Shown here piece after piece: positions 26,837-33,406 of a stretch of DNA of 64,000 bases. The DNA lies in contig JBAYJA010000001.1 of assembly GCA_041665345.1 (NCBI GenBank), forward strand, positions 329,206 to 393,205, in the 5' to 3' direction. The position numbers and the translations under genes were made by a program. A model generated the notes under the pieces. It searched no databases. It saw nothing but the letters and a program-made list of their open reading frames with translations, and was not told the DNA's origin. Position 1 is the first letter of the stretch; every line of letters starts with the position of its first letter. The stretch comes from Patescibacteria group bacterium (lineage in GTDB: Bacteria; Patescibacteriota; Patescibacteriia; PEXW01).

Positions 26837-27322
26837 ATGGAAACCTACGACCCCAAGAAAGAGTGCTGCCCCAAGTTTGACCCCACACCCTGGGACGGCA
26901 AGAAATTTGCGTGGCAGAACAAGAAATTTATCAAGGGCAAAGTGTTCACTATTTTCCATATGCCCCTAAATTTTGGCAGCACCATGAAGCAGTTAACGAC
27001 GAGGGTGGAAAAGGCCGGGGCGCAGATGCCAGACATGCTGACACTTTCCGATCACACGTCCAAGTGGAACATGGATTTGTACTTAGCCGTGGACAAGGAA
27101 ATTGTGGGTGCGAACAATGTGACCCTTAGTGGGACGTTCCTGAGTAAGGTCTACGAAGGAAAATTTCAGGATACTCGGAAGTGGTGCCAAGACTTCACCA
27201 CCTATGCAAAACAGCAGGGGTATGCTGAAATAGAGAAGCAGTATATGTGGTACACCACCTGTCCCAAGTGCGCCAAGAAGTACGGGAAAAACTACGTGGT
27301 CATTATCGCTCAAGTAACCTAA
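26837..27322 (+). CDS. hypothetical protein (CC...CPKC cysteine pairs)
   Basis: ATG at 26837 (ORF open from TTG 26825); TATAAT box about 35 nt upstream; no recognised domain. Confidence 0.45.
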   Translation: METYDPKKECCPKFDPTPWDGKKFAWQNKKFIKGKVFTIFHMPLNFGSTMKQLTTRVEKAGAQMPDMLTLSDHTSKWNMDLYLAVDKEIVGANNVTLSGTFLSKVYEGKFQDTRKWCQDFTTYAKQQGYAEIEKQYMWYTTCPKCAKKYGKNYVVIIAQVT

Positions 27323-27328
27323 AAGCCT

Positions 27329-27514
27329 ATGTTTGACCTCCACGTCAGCAAACGCACCAGTGAAGCCTTCTACGGTTTGGGTTTCGTGGGCGCGGTCATC
27401 TACTTCATCTCCACGGCCACGGGCTTCTGGGACGGCGTGCTGGGTGTGCTCCAAGCGATTGTCTGGCCTGTGTTCTTTGTCTACGAAGCGTTGCAATTTT
27501 TTTACAGTCGATAG
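27329..27514 (+). CDS. small 2-TM membrane protein
   Basis: Starts 7 nt after the previous stop; 61 aa, hydrophobic. Confidence 0.4.
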   Translation: MFDLHVSKRTSEAFYGLGFVGAVIYFISTATGFWDGVLGVLQAIVWPVFFVYEALQFFYSR

Positions 27515-27529
27515 TTTTTGTCTTCCTAC

Positions 27530-27943
27530 ATGCAGGATATCAATTCAAACGTTGTTAAGAAAAGCAGTATTGTAAAGCGGGTTGGTATTGTATTTGCAAT
27601 ATTCATAATTCTTGTTGGCGTCGTAGCTTTTGTTATTATCCCATTTGTACAGACTGATAGTAAAGAAGGTGTAGGTATTTGGGGCGATGCGCCAGTCATT
27701 GGATGGGCAGTGCAAATTGCTTATAAAATAAAATGCGAACGCGATGGTGGAGAAGTTTTTGAAATAGCTGAAAAGAATTATTGCGGAATTGGCAAAACGC
27801 AGGATGCTTATAAAAAGTGTTCTTCATCAACTGAATGTGAAATATTTTGCGGGTTTGAAGGCGGTTTTATAACCCATGATGCAGCGTTCTGTGTGCCGTA
27901 CCAAAAAGGTTGGGTTGGTGTGAAATATGAAGATTATTTGTAG
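27530..27943 (+). CDS. membrane-anchored Cys-rich hypothetical protein in an AT-rich segment
   Basis: N-terminal TM, 8 Cys in the ectodomain; local GC clearly lower than surroundings. Confidence 0.45.
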   Translation: MQDINSNVVKKSSIVKRVGIVFAIFIILVGVVAFVIIPFVQTDSKEGVGIWGDAPVIGWAVQIAYKIKCERDGGEVFEIAEKNYCGIGKTQDAYKKCSSSTECEIFCGFEGGFITHDAAFCVPYQKGWVGVKYEDYL

Positions 27944-28006
27944 CGTCATTAACAGTATCCGTTCGATTTAAGTATCTTTCTTCAGTTTTTTTAACCCCGT
28001 ATACCT

Positions 28007-28627
28007 ATGGAAACGAAAATGATAACCACCGGCGCGGCCTTCCGCTACGGCTGGGAAACGCTCAAGAAGGATTTCTGGTACTTCATTGGGATCTCCGTGT
28101 TGTACGGAGTCATCACCAATATTCCAAATTCTAAAGGGACCAGAAGTGGTTTTAGCATCCTCGGCATTTTCATCAGCGCTTGGCTTATGGGCGGCCTGTA
28201 CCGCCTGTTGCTTGACTACAAAGACGGCAAGAAGCAAGAGTTTAGCGTTCTGTTCACTCAGTTGAAGCACTACTGGCGGATTTTGGGCGGTTCAATTTTG
28301 GTGGGGCTCATTGTCATTGGTGGGCTCATCCTCCTGATTGTGCCCGGCATCATCTGGGGTTTGCGCTACATGTTCACCATCATGCTCATCGTGGACAAAA
28401 ACATGGATGTTGGAACGGCCATGCACGCCAGTGCGGAAATGACCCGGGGGATTAAAGGCAAACTCTTCGTCTTCGCTTTGGCCTGCCTTGGCACCATGGT
28501 CCTGGGTGTCATCTGCTTGGGTGTGGGTGTGTTTGTGGCCATGCCCGTGGTGTGGTTGGCTTTCGTCTACCTGTACCGCAGTCTGCCAAACACCAACGCG
28601 GTGCAAGTCCAAGAGCCAACAGTTTAA
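28007..28627 (+). CDS. polytopic membrane protein (DUF975-like)
   Basis: 206 aa, about 5 TM, pattern similar to DUF975 integral membrane proteins. Confidence 0.45.
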   Translation: METKMITTGAAFRYGWETLKKDFWYFIGISVLYGVITNIPNSKGTRSGFSILGIFISAWLMGGLYRLLLDYKDGKKQEFSVLFTQLKHYWRILGGSILVGLIVIGGLILLIVPGIIWGLRYMFTIMLIVDKNMDVGTAMHASAEMTRGIKGKLFVFALACLGTMVLGVICLGVGVFVAMPVVWLAFVYLYRSLPNTNAVQVQEPTV

Positions 28628-28645
28628 ATTTTTAACGATTCGCAA

Positions 28646-28669
28646 AACCCGCAGCAGTGCGGGTTTTTG
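28646..28669 (+). terminator. rho-independent terminator
   Basis: cccgca-gcag-tgcggg followed by TTTTT. Confidence 0.75.
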
Positions 28670-28702
28670 CTTTGTAGCGAGTAGAAGCCGTGGTGCCACT
28701 AT

Positions 28703-28730
28703 TGACACATTCTCGATTGTGTGTAGAATT
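28703..28730 (+). promoter_or_regulatory. sigma70-like promoter TTGACA-N16-TAGAAT
   Basis: Consensus hexamers about 30 nt upstream of the ATG at 28762. Confidence 0.55.
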
Positions 28731-28761
28731 GGTATCAACAAAACATTTGGAGGAAAAAAGA

Positions 28762-28974
28762 ATGTTAAATCGGATCATTTTCATCATCATTGTTACAGCT
28801 CTTGCGCTCATTCCCACCTGGTTCTTTCTCCTCTTGCGGAGCATCGCCAATCCTACAGGATTCTGGCAGAACATCGTCACGTTTGGAGTAGGCATCTGGT
28901 TACTTGGAGGATTGCAGCTCATCTTCCTTGTTGTAGGGGTATTTGTCCTCTTCGCTGGGCTGTCCAAAAACTAA
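28762..28974 (+). CDS. small 2-TM membrane protein
   Basis: GGAGG RBS; 70 aa hydrophobic. Confidence 0.5.
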   Translation: MLNRIIFIIIVTALALIPTWFFLLLRSIANPTGFWQNIVTFGVGIWLLGGLQLIFLVVGVFVLFAGLSKN

Positions 28975-28984
28975 TCTCAACGTA

Positions 28985-29017
28985 GACCGGCAGAAATGTC
29001 GGTCTTTTCTTATTTTT
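28985..29017 (+). terminator. rho-independent terminator
   Basis: gaccggcag-aaa-tgtcggtc hairpin followed by a T-rich run. Confidence 0.7.
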
Positions 29018-29048
29018 GCATTTTCACCAGGGAGCGTACACTGGCTGC

Positions 29049-29714
29049 ATGACCCAGCGCAGAATACATCAAGACGAGTGCCCGTACTTCGTCACCTTCA
29101 ACACGCGGGGAGGGGAGCCGGTGTTTGAAGATGTGCGATTTGCAAAGTTACTCCAGGAGGAAATGTTTACCTCGGCCAGGTTGAAGGGTTTTGATATCTT
29201 GGCATACCAAATAATACCAAACCACGTTCACCTTTTAACCGGCACGCGCACGTTGGAGGAGGATGGTAAAAATATTGTTGGTGGTGATGCACCCACCTCC
29301 GAGGTTGATCCCGTCCCCGTCGAGCGCACGCTTGAGAGCATGCGCTCGGGGGAATTTAAAAGGATTGATAATAATAATTTCCCCGAACCCACTCCGATTC
29401 ACGAACGCGCCTCCCTTGAACGCGCCTCCCCCGAGCGTACCTTCTCTAAGGTGCGCTCGTCCCCGGCGCGTACACCCAAGCCATTCACCATCTCCGACCT
29501 TATACAATCCATCAAAGGGAATTTCTCATACAAGCACAAACTTGGAGCAATTTGGCAACGCCGGTTCTACACTAAAATCGTTAATACCCCGGAGTATTTG
29601 GAAACCGTGGTGGAGTACATCCGCTACAATCCCACCAAAGACGGTTTACCCAAACGTTTCACCCAACCGCCGTACCAATATTTTGATTGGGGGAAGATTC
29701 GGAAGTTGTTTTAA
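29049..29714 (+). CDS. IS200/IS605-like HUH tyrosine transposase (REP-associated tyrosine transposase-like) with an internal low-complexity insertion
   Basis: YFVTFNTRGG..., HUH motif NHVHLL, catalytic-Tyr region AIWQRRFY; about 60-aa insert (ERASLERASPERTFSKVRSSP...) between the motifs, encoded by a tandem repeat plus a palindrome. Confidence 0.65.
   Translation: MTQRRIHQDECPYFVTFNTRGGEPVFEDVRFAKLLQEEMFTSARLKGFDILAYQIIPNHVHLLTGTRTLEEDGKNIVGGDAPTSEVDPVPVERTLESMRSGEFKRIDNNNFPEPTPIHERASLERASPERTFSKVRSSPARTPKPFTISDLIQSIKGNFSYKHKLGAIWQRRFYTKIVNTPEYLETVVEYIRYNPTKDGLPKRFTQPPYQYFDWGKIRKLF
29403..29430 (+). repeat. tandem direct repeat (2 x gaacgcgcctccc) inside the transposase ORF
   Basis: 13-nt unit at 29403-29415 and 29418-29430. 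Confidence 0.8.
29432..29458 (+). repeat. REP-like imperfect palindrome, copy 1 (inside the transposase ORF)
   Basis: cgagcgtacctt-ctct-aaggtgcgctc; 27 nt identical to 29779-29805. Confidence 0.8.
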
Positions 29715-29778
29715 GTCCATTTAATGCATAACAAGCGCAAGTTTGGTCATAACAGTGTAAACGGTGAAAATAATTCCT

Positions 29779-29805
29779 CGAGCGTACCTTCTCTAAGGTG
29801 CGCTC
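29779..29805 (+). repeat. REP-like imperfect palindrome, copy 2 (downstream of the transposase)
   Basis: Exact 27-nt match to 29432-29458. Confidence 0.8.
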
Positions 29806-29837
29806 ACCCAAGTTTATATTATTCATTGTTAATGAAA

Positions 29838-29870
29838 AATGCTCTCCCCGAAGAGAGAGCATTACTTTTT
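29838..29870 (+). terminator. bidirectional hairpin terminator
   Basis: aatgctctc-cccgaa-gagagcatt 9-bp stem followed by ACTTTTT; on the minus strand followed by TTTCATT. Confidence 0.6.
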
Positions 29871-30285
29871 AGAGCATTTTCATTACCGCTTGAATTGCGT
29901 ACTCAATGAATTCTGGTTTTGGGTTACCACTGGTATAGATTGCTGCAGAACGGTCACACTGGCTGCCGTCGATATTATCCCAATCTTGTGACCACGGCAT
30001 GAGGACAAGAACCGTGCGTTTCCAGAACAAGATGCCGGTTTCAAACCAAAAGGTTGCAAACCAGTAGTAACCGTCACTTGTGGTTAGTCCAAGGGGAATA
30101 TCCATGATCGTACTCGCAGTTCCCCTGTAATGTGGGAGCCGCTTGCAGCGGATACGGAGGTCATCCTGGTTTAGTAGTGCGCGATTTGGGTCAGCCAGTT
30201 TCTCGTTAAACTTTTCAATGATCGGCGGGAAAAATGGACCATCGAATTTTTGCAGTTTTGCTTTAGCGTGCCTTCTTTTACTCAT
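29869..30285 (-). CDS. hypothetical protein
   Basis: AAAGGAG RBS before the internal ATG (ORF open to 30318); no recognised domain. Confidence 0.45.
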   Translation of the reverse strand: MSKRRHAKAKLQKFDGPFFPPIIEKFNEKLADPNRALLNQDDLRIRCKRLPHYRGTASTIMDIPLGLTTSDGYYWFATFWFETGILFWKRTVLVLMPWSQDWDNIDGSQCDRSAAIYTSGNPKPEFIEYAIQAVMKML

Positions 30286-30402
30286 ATTTACTCCTTTGTG
30301 TGTATTTTTAATAGCCAATCGTAAATCAGAACTTGCTTTTTGTCAAGCCGCGCGCCAGATCAATAGTTTGGCCACCATGCAGTAGCCCTTTGCAACAAAG
30401 TA

Positions 30403-30430
30403 AACCCCGAGCATCTTGCCCGGGGTTTTT
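30403..30430 (+). terminator. orphan plus-strand terminator (possible small-RNA 3' end)
   Basis: ccccgagca-tctt-gcccgggg hairpin plus TTTTT with no plus-strand CDS upstream. Confidence 0.4.
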
Positions 30431-30450
30431 GTATGCATCGGAAGCAATTT

Positions 30451-30480
30451 AGAAATAAAAAAGCGCTGGTAACAGCGCTT
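30451..30480 (-). terminator. terminator for the minus-strand gene 30497-30829
   Basis: aagcgctg-gtaa-cagcgctt hairpin with a T-run on the minus strand. Confidence 0.7.
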
Positions 30481-30496
30481 TAGGTTTTGTCGTACT

Positions 30497-30829
30497 TCAT
30501 TTGCTTGTAGATCGAAGCATGGTAACGAACATGAGTCGTTCATCTGCCACCCCGCCGTAGTGTTCCGCGACGAGCGCCCTGAGCTTTTCTCGTTGGTAAG
30601 TTGTGGGCAGATGCTGCACGGCAATGGACCGCAGGTGACAGCTCAAGCAAACGTGGATGTACACATTACCGCACGTCTGTAGCTCTTCGGGCAGCTCCTC
30701 TTTGAGGAATGCGCGGGTGGAGTCGCTGCTCCCTTTGTGGTTGCAAAACGGGCAACCGGATGTGTTGAGGGTCTTCCCAGTGACGATTTTTGTACTTCCG
30801 GGGGCGAAACGTATGTTATGAATATCCAT
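30497..30829 (-). CDS. zinc-finger / HNH-like small protein
   Basis: CPFCNH ... CGNVYIHVCLSCH cysteine/histidine clusters; tentative. Confidence 0.35.
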   Translation of the reverse strand: MDIHNIRFAPGSTKIVTGKTLNTSGCPFCNHKGSSDSTRAFLKEELPEELQTCGNVYIHVCLSCHLRSIAVQHLPTTYQREKLRALVAEHYGGVADERLMFVTMLRSTSK

Positions 30830-30924
30830 CGTACCTCCAAACTGGTATGTTTTGTGTTTACGCCATCTTAGTCTGCCGGCACTCTACTGTCAAACCTAAG
30901 CTCAAGCCAGCAAGTGAAAGGGGA

Positions 30925-30953
30925 TTGACAGTTTTTCTTTTTTTTCGTAAGGT
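30925..30953 (+). promoter_or_regulatory. sigma70-like promoter TTGACA-N17-TAAGGT
   Basis: Upstream of the GYD gene. Confidence 0.45.
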
Positions 30954-30988
30954 AGACACACAAAAAAATACAAAGAGAAGGAGGAAAA

Positions 30989-31276
30989 ATGGCAACGTAC
31001 ATTTTGCTTACAAATTTAGGCATTGAGGCGTGTGGATCAAACGAGCAAATGAAAAGCACTTTGCATTTGGTAGAGAAACGTCTGAAGGAAGAATGCCGAG
31101 GTGTCACTTTTGTTGAAGGCTATGGTTGCATGGGGACATATGACCTCGTCTATATTCTTGAGAGTGAGGAACCTCAAACGATTGAAAAAGTAGTTCCGAT
31201 TTTACGGGAATTAGGCCACTCCACAATTCAGACCATGTTAGCTACGCCATTCGAGCAATTTATCAAGGCGTTATAG
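30989..31276 (+). CDS. GYD-domain protein
   Basis: 95 aa; TNLGIEACGS ... EGYGCMGTYDLVYILE matches the GYD family pattern; AAGGAGG RBS. Confidence 0.65.
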   Translation: MATYILLTNLGIEACGSNEQMKSTLHLVEKRLKEECRGVTFVEGYGCMGTYDLVYILESEEPQTIEKVVPILRELGHSTIQTMLATPFEQFIKAL

Positions 31277-31288
31277 GTCCTTTATAAA

Positions 31289-31321
31289 AATCCACCTCCA
31301 TATCGGACGGTGGATTTTCTT
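31289..31321 (+). terminator. rho-independent terminator
   Basis: atccacc...ggtggat hairpin followed by TTTCTT. Confidence 0.6.
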
Positions 31322-31393
31322 ATACCCCATACACTTTTTTTACCTACCAGACTGGGTAAAAGTCTTTTTTAGCTGCGCTAAAGAATTTTGATT

Positions 31394-31423
31394 TACAAAA
31401 AGAGCCACCAATGTTGGTAGCTC
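31394..31423 (-). terminator. terminator for the minus-strand gene 31441-31662
   Basis: gagccaccaa-tg-ttggtagctc hairpin with T-run on the minus strand. Confidence 0.55.
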
Positions 31424-31440
31424 GAGAAATTTTTGGTTGT

Positions 31441-31662
31441 TTAGAGTACCTGTAGTGCATGTAAGCCGGCGAGGATGAGGAGGATAAGTGATATGGCGAC
31501 TATAGCGCCTGATACCGCCATACACACTTCAATGAACCGCATCTCCTTACGTGTGCCTCCTAGCATGACCAAGAAACCAGGAAACATAATTGCAAAGAAA
31601 CTCAGAACACCAATGATTAGTGTGAGTATCCACACCCACCAATGCGCAACAATAAATTCCAT
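31441..31662 (-). CDS. small 2-TM membrane protein
   Basis: GGAGGG RBS; 73 aa hydrophobic. Confidence 0.5.
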   Translation of the reverse strand: MEFIVAHWWVWILTLIIGVLSFFAIMFPGFLVMLGGTRKEMRFIEVCMAVSGAIVAISLILLILAGLHALQVL

Positions 31663-31769
31663 TTTCCCTCCAAATTTCTTAGGATCAATTTTGGCTTCAC
31701 CTTAGGCAGGGCAGGAGAGATTGTCAATGGCTGGTGCCCTACATTTTTCCAGGTTGCTAGAATACCCCC

Positions 31770-31797
31770 ATGCCCCTCCTGGAAACCCTGAACCAAC
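31770..31797 (+). repeat. remnant copy A of the helicase gene 5' end (atgcccct...aaccctgaacc)
   Basis: Shares atgcccct and aaccctgaacc with the helicase start at 33407 and the upstream aataccccc context with copy B. Confidence 0.6.
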
Positions 31798-31872
31798 CAA
31801 GGTTTAGGATTTAGATGAAAAGTTAACCCCACACAAGTACTGTGCGGGGTTAAGGTACTGACAGGAATGCAT

Positions 31873-32163
31873 TTACTTTGTTCCGAAGTACACACTGTTG
31901 TAGTTCGGGGACAAGTCGGCGTTCAGGCCTGGAACGAATTTTTCCCCTCCATTCAGGCCGGTATGGAAGAAGCGGAAGCCGTTTGCTTCATCGGTAACGG
32001 TGAGTTCGCCTGCCACCGGGGAGATAATGGCGGTTTTGCCCGTGGAAAATCTTCCTCTACTGTCACGCTTCTGCGTGAAGTGGTGTTTTCCAAGTTCCAC
32101 GAGTTCACAATGAAGTGGGCACTGTTGCGCGATTTTGGACCAGGACATGAAATTACAATCCAT
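31873..32163 (-). CDS. hypothetical protein inside the inserted segment
   Basis: GGAGG RBS on the minus strand; 96 aa (ORF open to 32214). Confidence 0.4.
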   Translation of the reverse strand: MDCNFMSWSKIAQQCPLHCELVELGKHHFTQKRDSRGRFSTGKTAIISPVAGELTVTDEANGFRFFHTGLNGGEKFVPGLNADLSPNYNSVYFGTK

Positions 32164-32269
32164 TTTAAACCTCCAGTTTGTTTTACCTTTTTGCAATGGC
32201 TTAATGTAGCACATTTCTGTTTCTTGTCAAGTCTTGGCTCTTGTATGCGGAACCTCCTACAATACCCCC

Positions 32270-32352
32270 ATGCCCCTTCTGCCAACTCTCAACCCTGCCC
32301 AAAAGCAAGCGATAACCCACACGGCTGGGCCGCATTTGATTGTGGCTGGCGC
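32270..32352 (+). repeat. duplicated copy B of the helicase gene 5' end (about 83 nt)
   Basis: atgccccttctgccaactctcaaccctgcccaaaagcaagcgataacccacacggctgggccgcatttgattgtggctggcgcggg is near-identical to 33407-33489. Confidence 0.85.
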
Positions 32353-32460
32353 GGGGTGCTCAGTTGGTAATGAGGAGGTTTACCTGGTTTGCATTTGACA
32401 TTATTTTGTAGGTGTGGCAAAGTCTTAGGTCTTCATGTATACTCAAGTACATATTAAGAA

Positions 32461-32667
32461 ATGAGCAAAAATATGGAAAAGGGAACGGAGAAACAATTAT
32501 TTACGGCTATTAAAATAGCCCGTAAGCAACTTTCTGAACTTAGTGTACATCAACGATCAACTCTAGAAAAAACTTGGGATATTGAGCATGCATATTATTC
32601 AAGCACGCTTGAAGGAAGTAAGCTGGATCGATCAGAGTTCAATCGGCTTGGTGAAGAGGTTCAATGA
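32461..32667 (+). CDS. FicA/VbhA-like antitoxin carrying the Fic inhibitory motif
   Basis: 68 aa containing SSTLEG, which fits the (S/T)xxxE(G/N) inhibitory-helix motif; stop overlaps the Fic start (ATGA). Confidence 0.55.
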   Translation: MSKNMEKGTEKQLFTAIKIARKQLSELSVHQRSTLEKTWDIEHAYYSSTLEGSKLDRSEFNRLGEEVQ

Positions 32668-33344
32668 TGGTAAGTTCTGATTTTCGTCGTCCACTAGACG
32701 AGGAAGAACTTCAAAAACGATCAGCGCTTGGAGTAATCCGAGCGTCACGTTTTATTAGAAAATTTGCTCACCAGCATCAACCGATAAACGTTGATGTATT
32801 TTGTGAAATACACAAGAAAATTTTTTTTGATGTGTGGCCTGAAATAGCGGGAACATACAGGCGTGAAAATTTAGAAATCACAGATTCTAAGCTTGTGCTA
32901 CCCCATTATTCAGAAGTTCCTCAATTAATGCACAAAATGAACGAAGACCTAAAGGACAAATTATCCTCCTTAGGCCAGGTTGAAGGAATTATAAATACCT
33001 CTAAAACACATACTGAAGATGAGGAAAAAATAATTGAAGCAACCGAACATGTTATTGGAGTTGCAGCTTGGGCGCATCATCGTATTACCTATATTCACCC
33101 TTTCCGAGAGGGGAATGGTAGAACAGGAAGGTTAGCCGCAAATTTGATTCTAGAAAGGTATGGGCTGGTTGGTATTTCGGTAAAGGTTGAAAAGGAAAAC
33201 AAAAATCGATATCGGAAAGCTTTAGCACAGATTGATGCGGAAAGTGATTATGAACCTTTGATAAGTATTATTTATGAAGGCTTGATTGACCGATATCAAG
33301 GGGTGAGTATTAAGTACTATGAGTATAAGGGAAAGACTCGGTAA
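32664..33344 (+). CDS. Fic-family protein (class I FicT-like AMPylator/toxin)
   Basis: Canonical Fic motif HPFREGNGRTGR; 226 aa without an inhibitory helix of its own. Confidence 0.8.
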   Translation: MMVSSDFRRPLDEEELQKRSALGVIRASRFIRKFAHQHQPINVDVFCEIHKKIFFDVWPEIAGTYRRENLEITDSKLVLPHYSEVPQLMHKMNEDLKDKLSSLGQVEGIINTSKTHTEDEEKIIEATEHVIGVAAWAHHRITYIHPFREGNGRTGRLAANLILERYGLVGISVKVEKENKNRYRKALAQIDAESDYEPLISIIYEGLIDRYQGVSIKYYEYKGKTR

Positions 33345-33406
33345 ACGGATTTTTTAAGACAGAAATAGAATTAGTACATCTGTGAGCAGATTGGTAGACT
33401 AGCATT

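Larger units (their letters stand above)
32353..33406 (+). mobile_element. inserted AT-rich segment carrying a Fic toxin-antitoxin pair, flanked by direct repeats of the helicase 5' end
   Basis: Lower GC than flanks; bounded by copy B (32270-32352) and the intact gene start (33407-33489); no integrase seen. Confidence 0.5.

Noticed and set aside
31867-32370. Plus-strand 167-aa ORF spanning the duplicated helicase 5' remnant
   Set aside because: It crosses an insertion junction and overlaps the better-supported minus-strand gene 31873-32163. It is probably a chance ORF created by the duplication.
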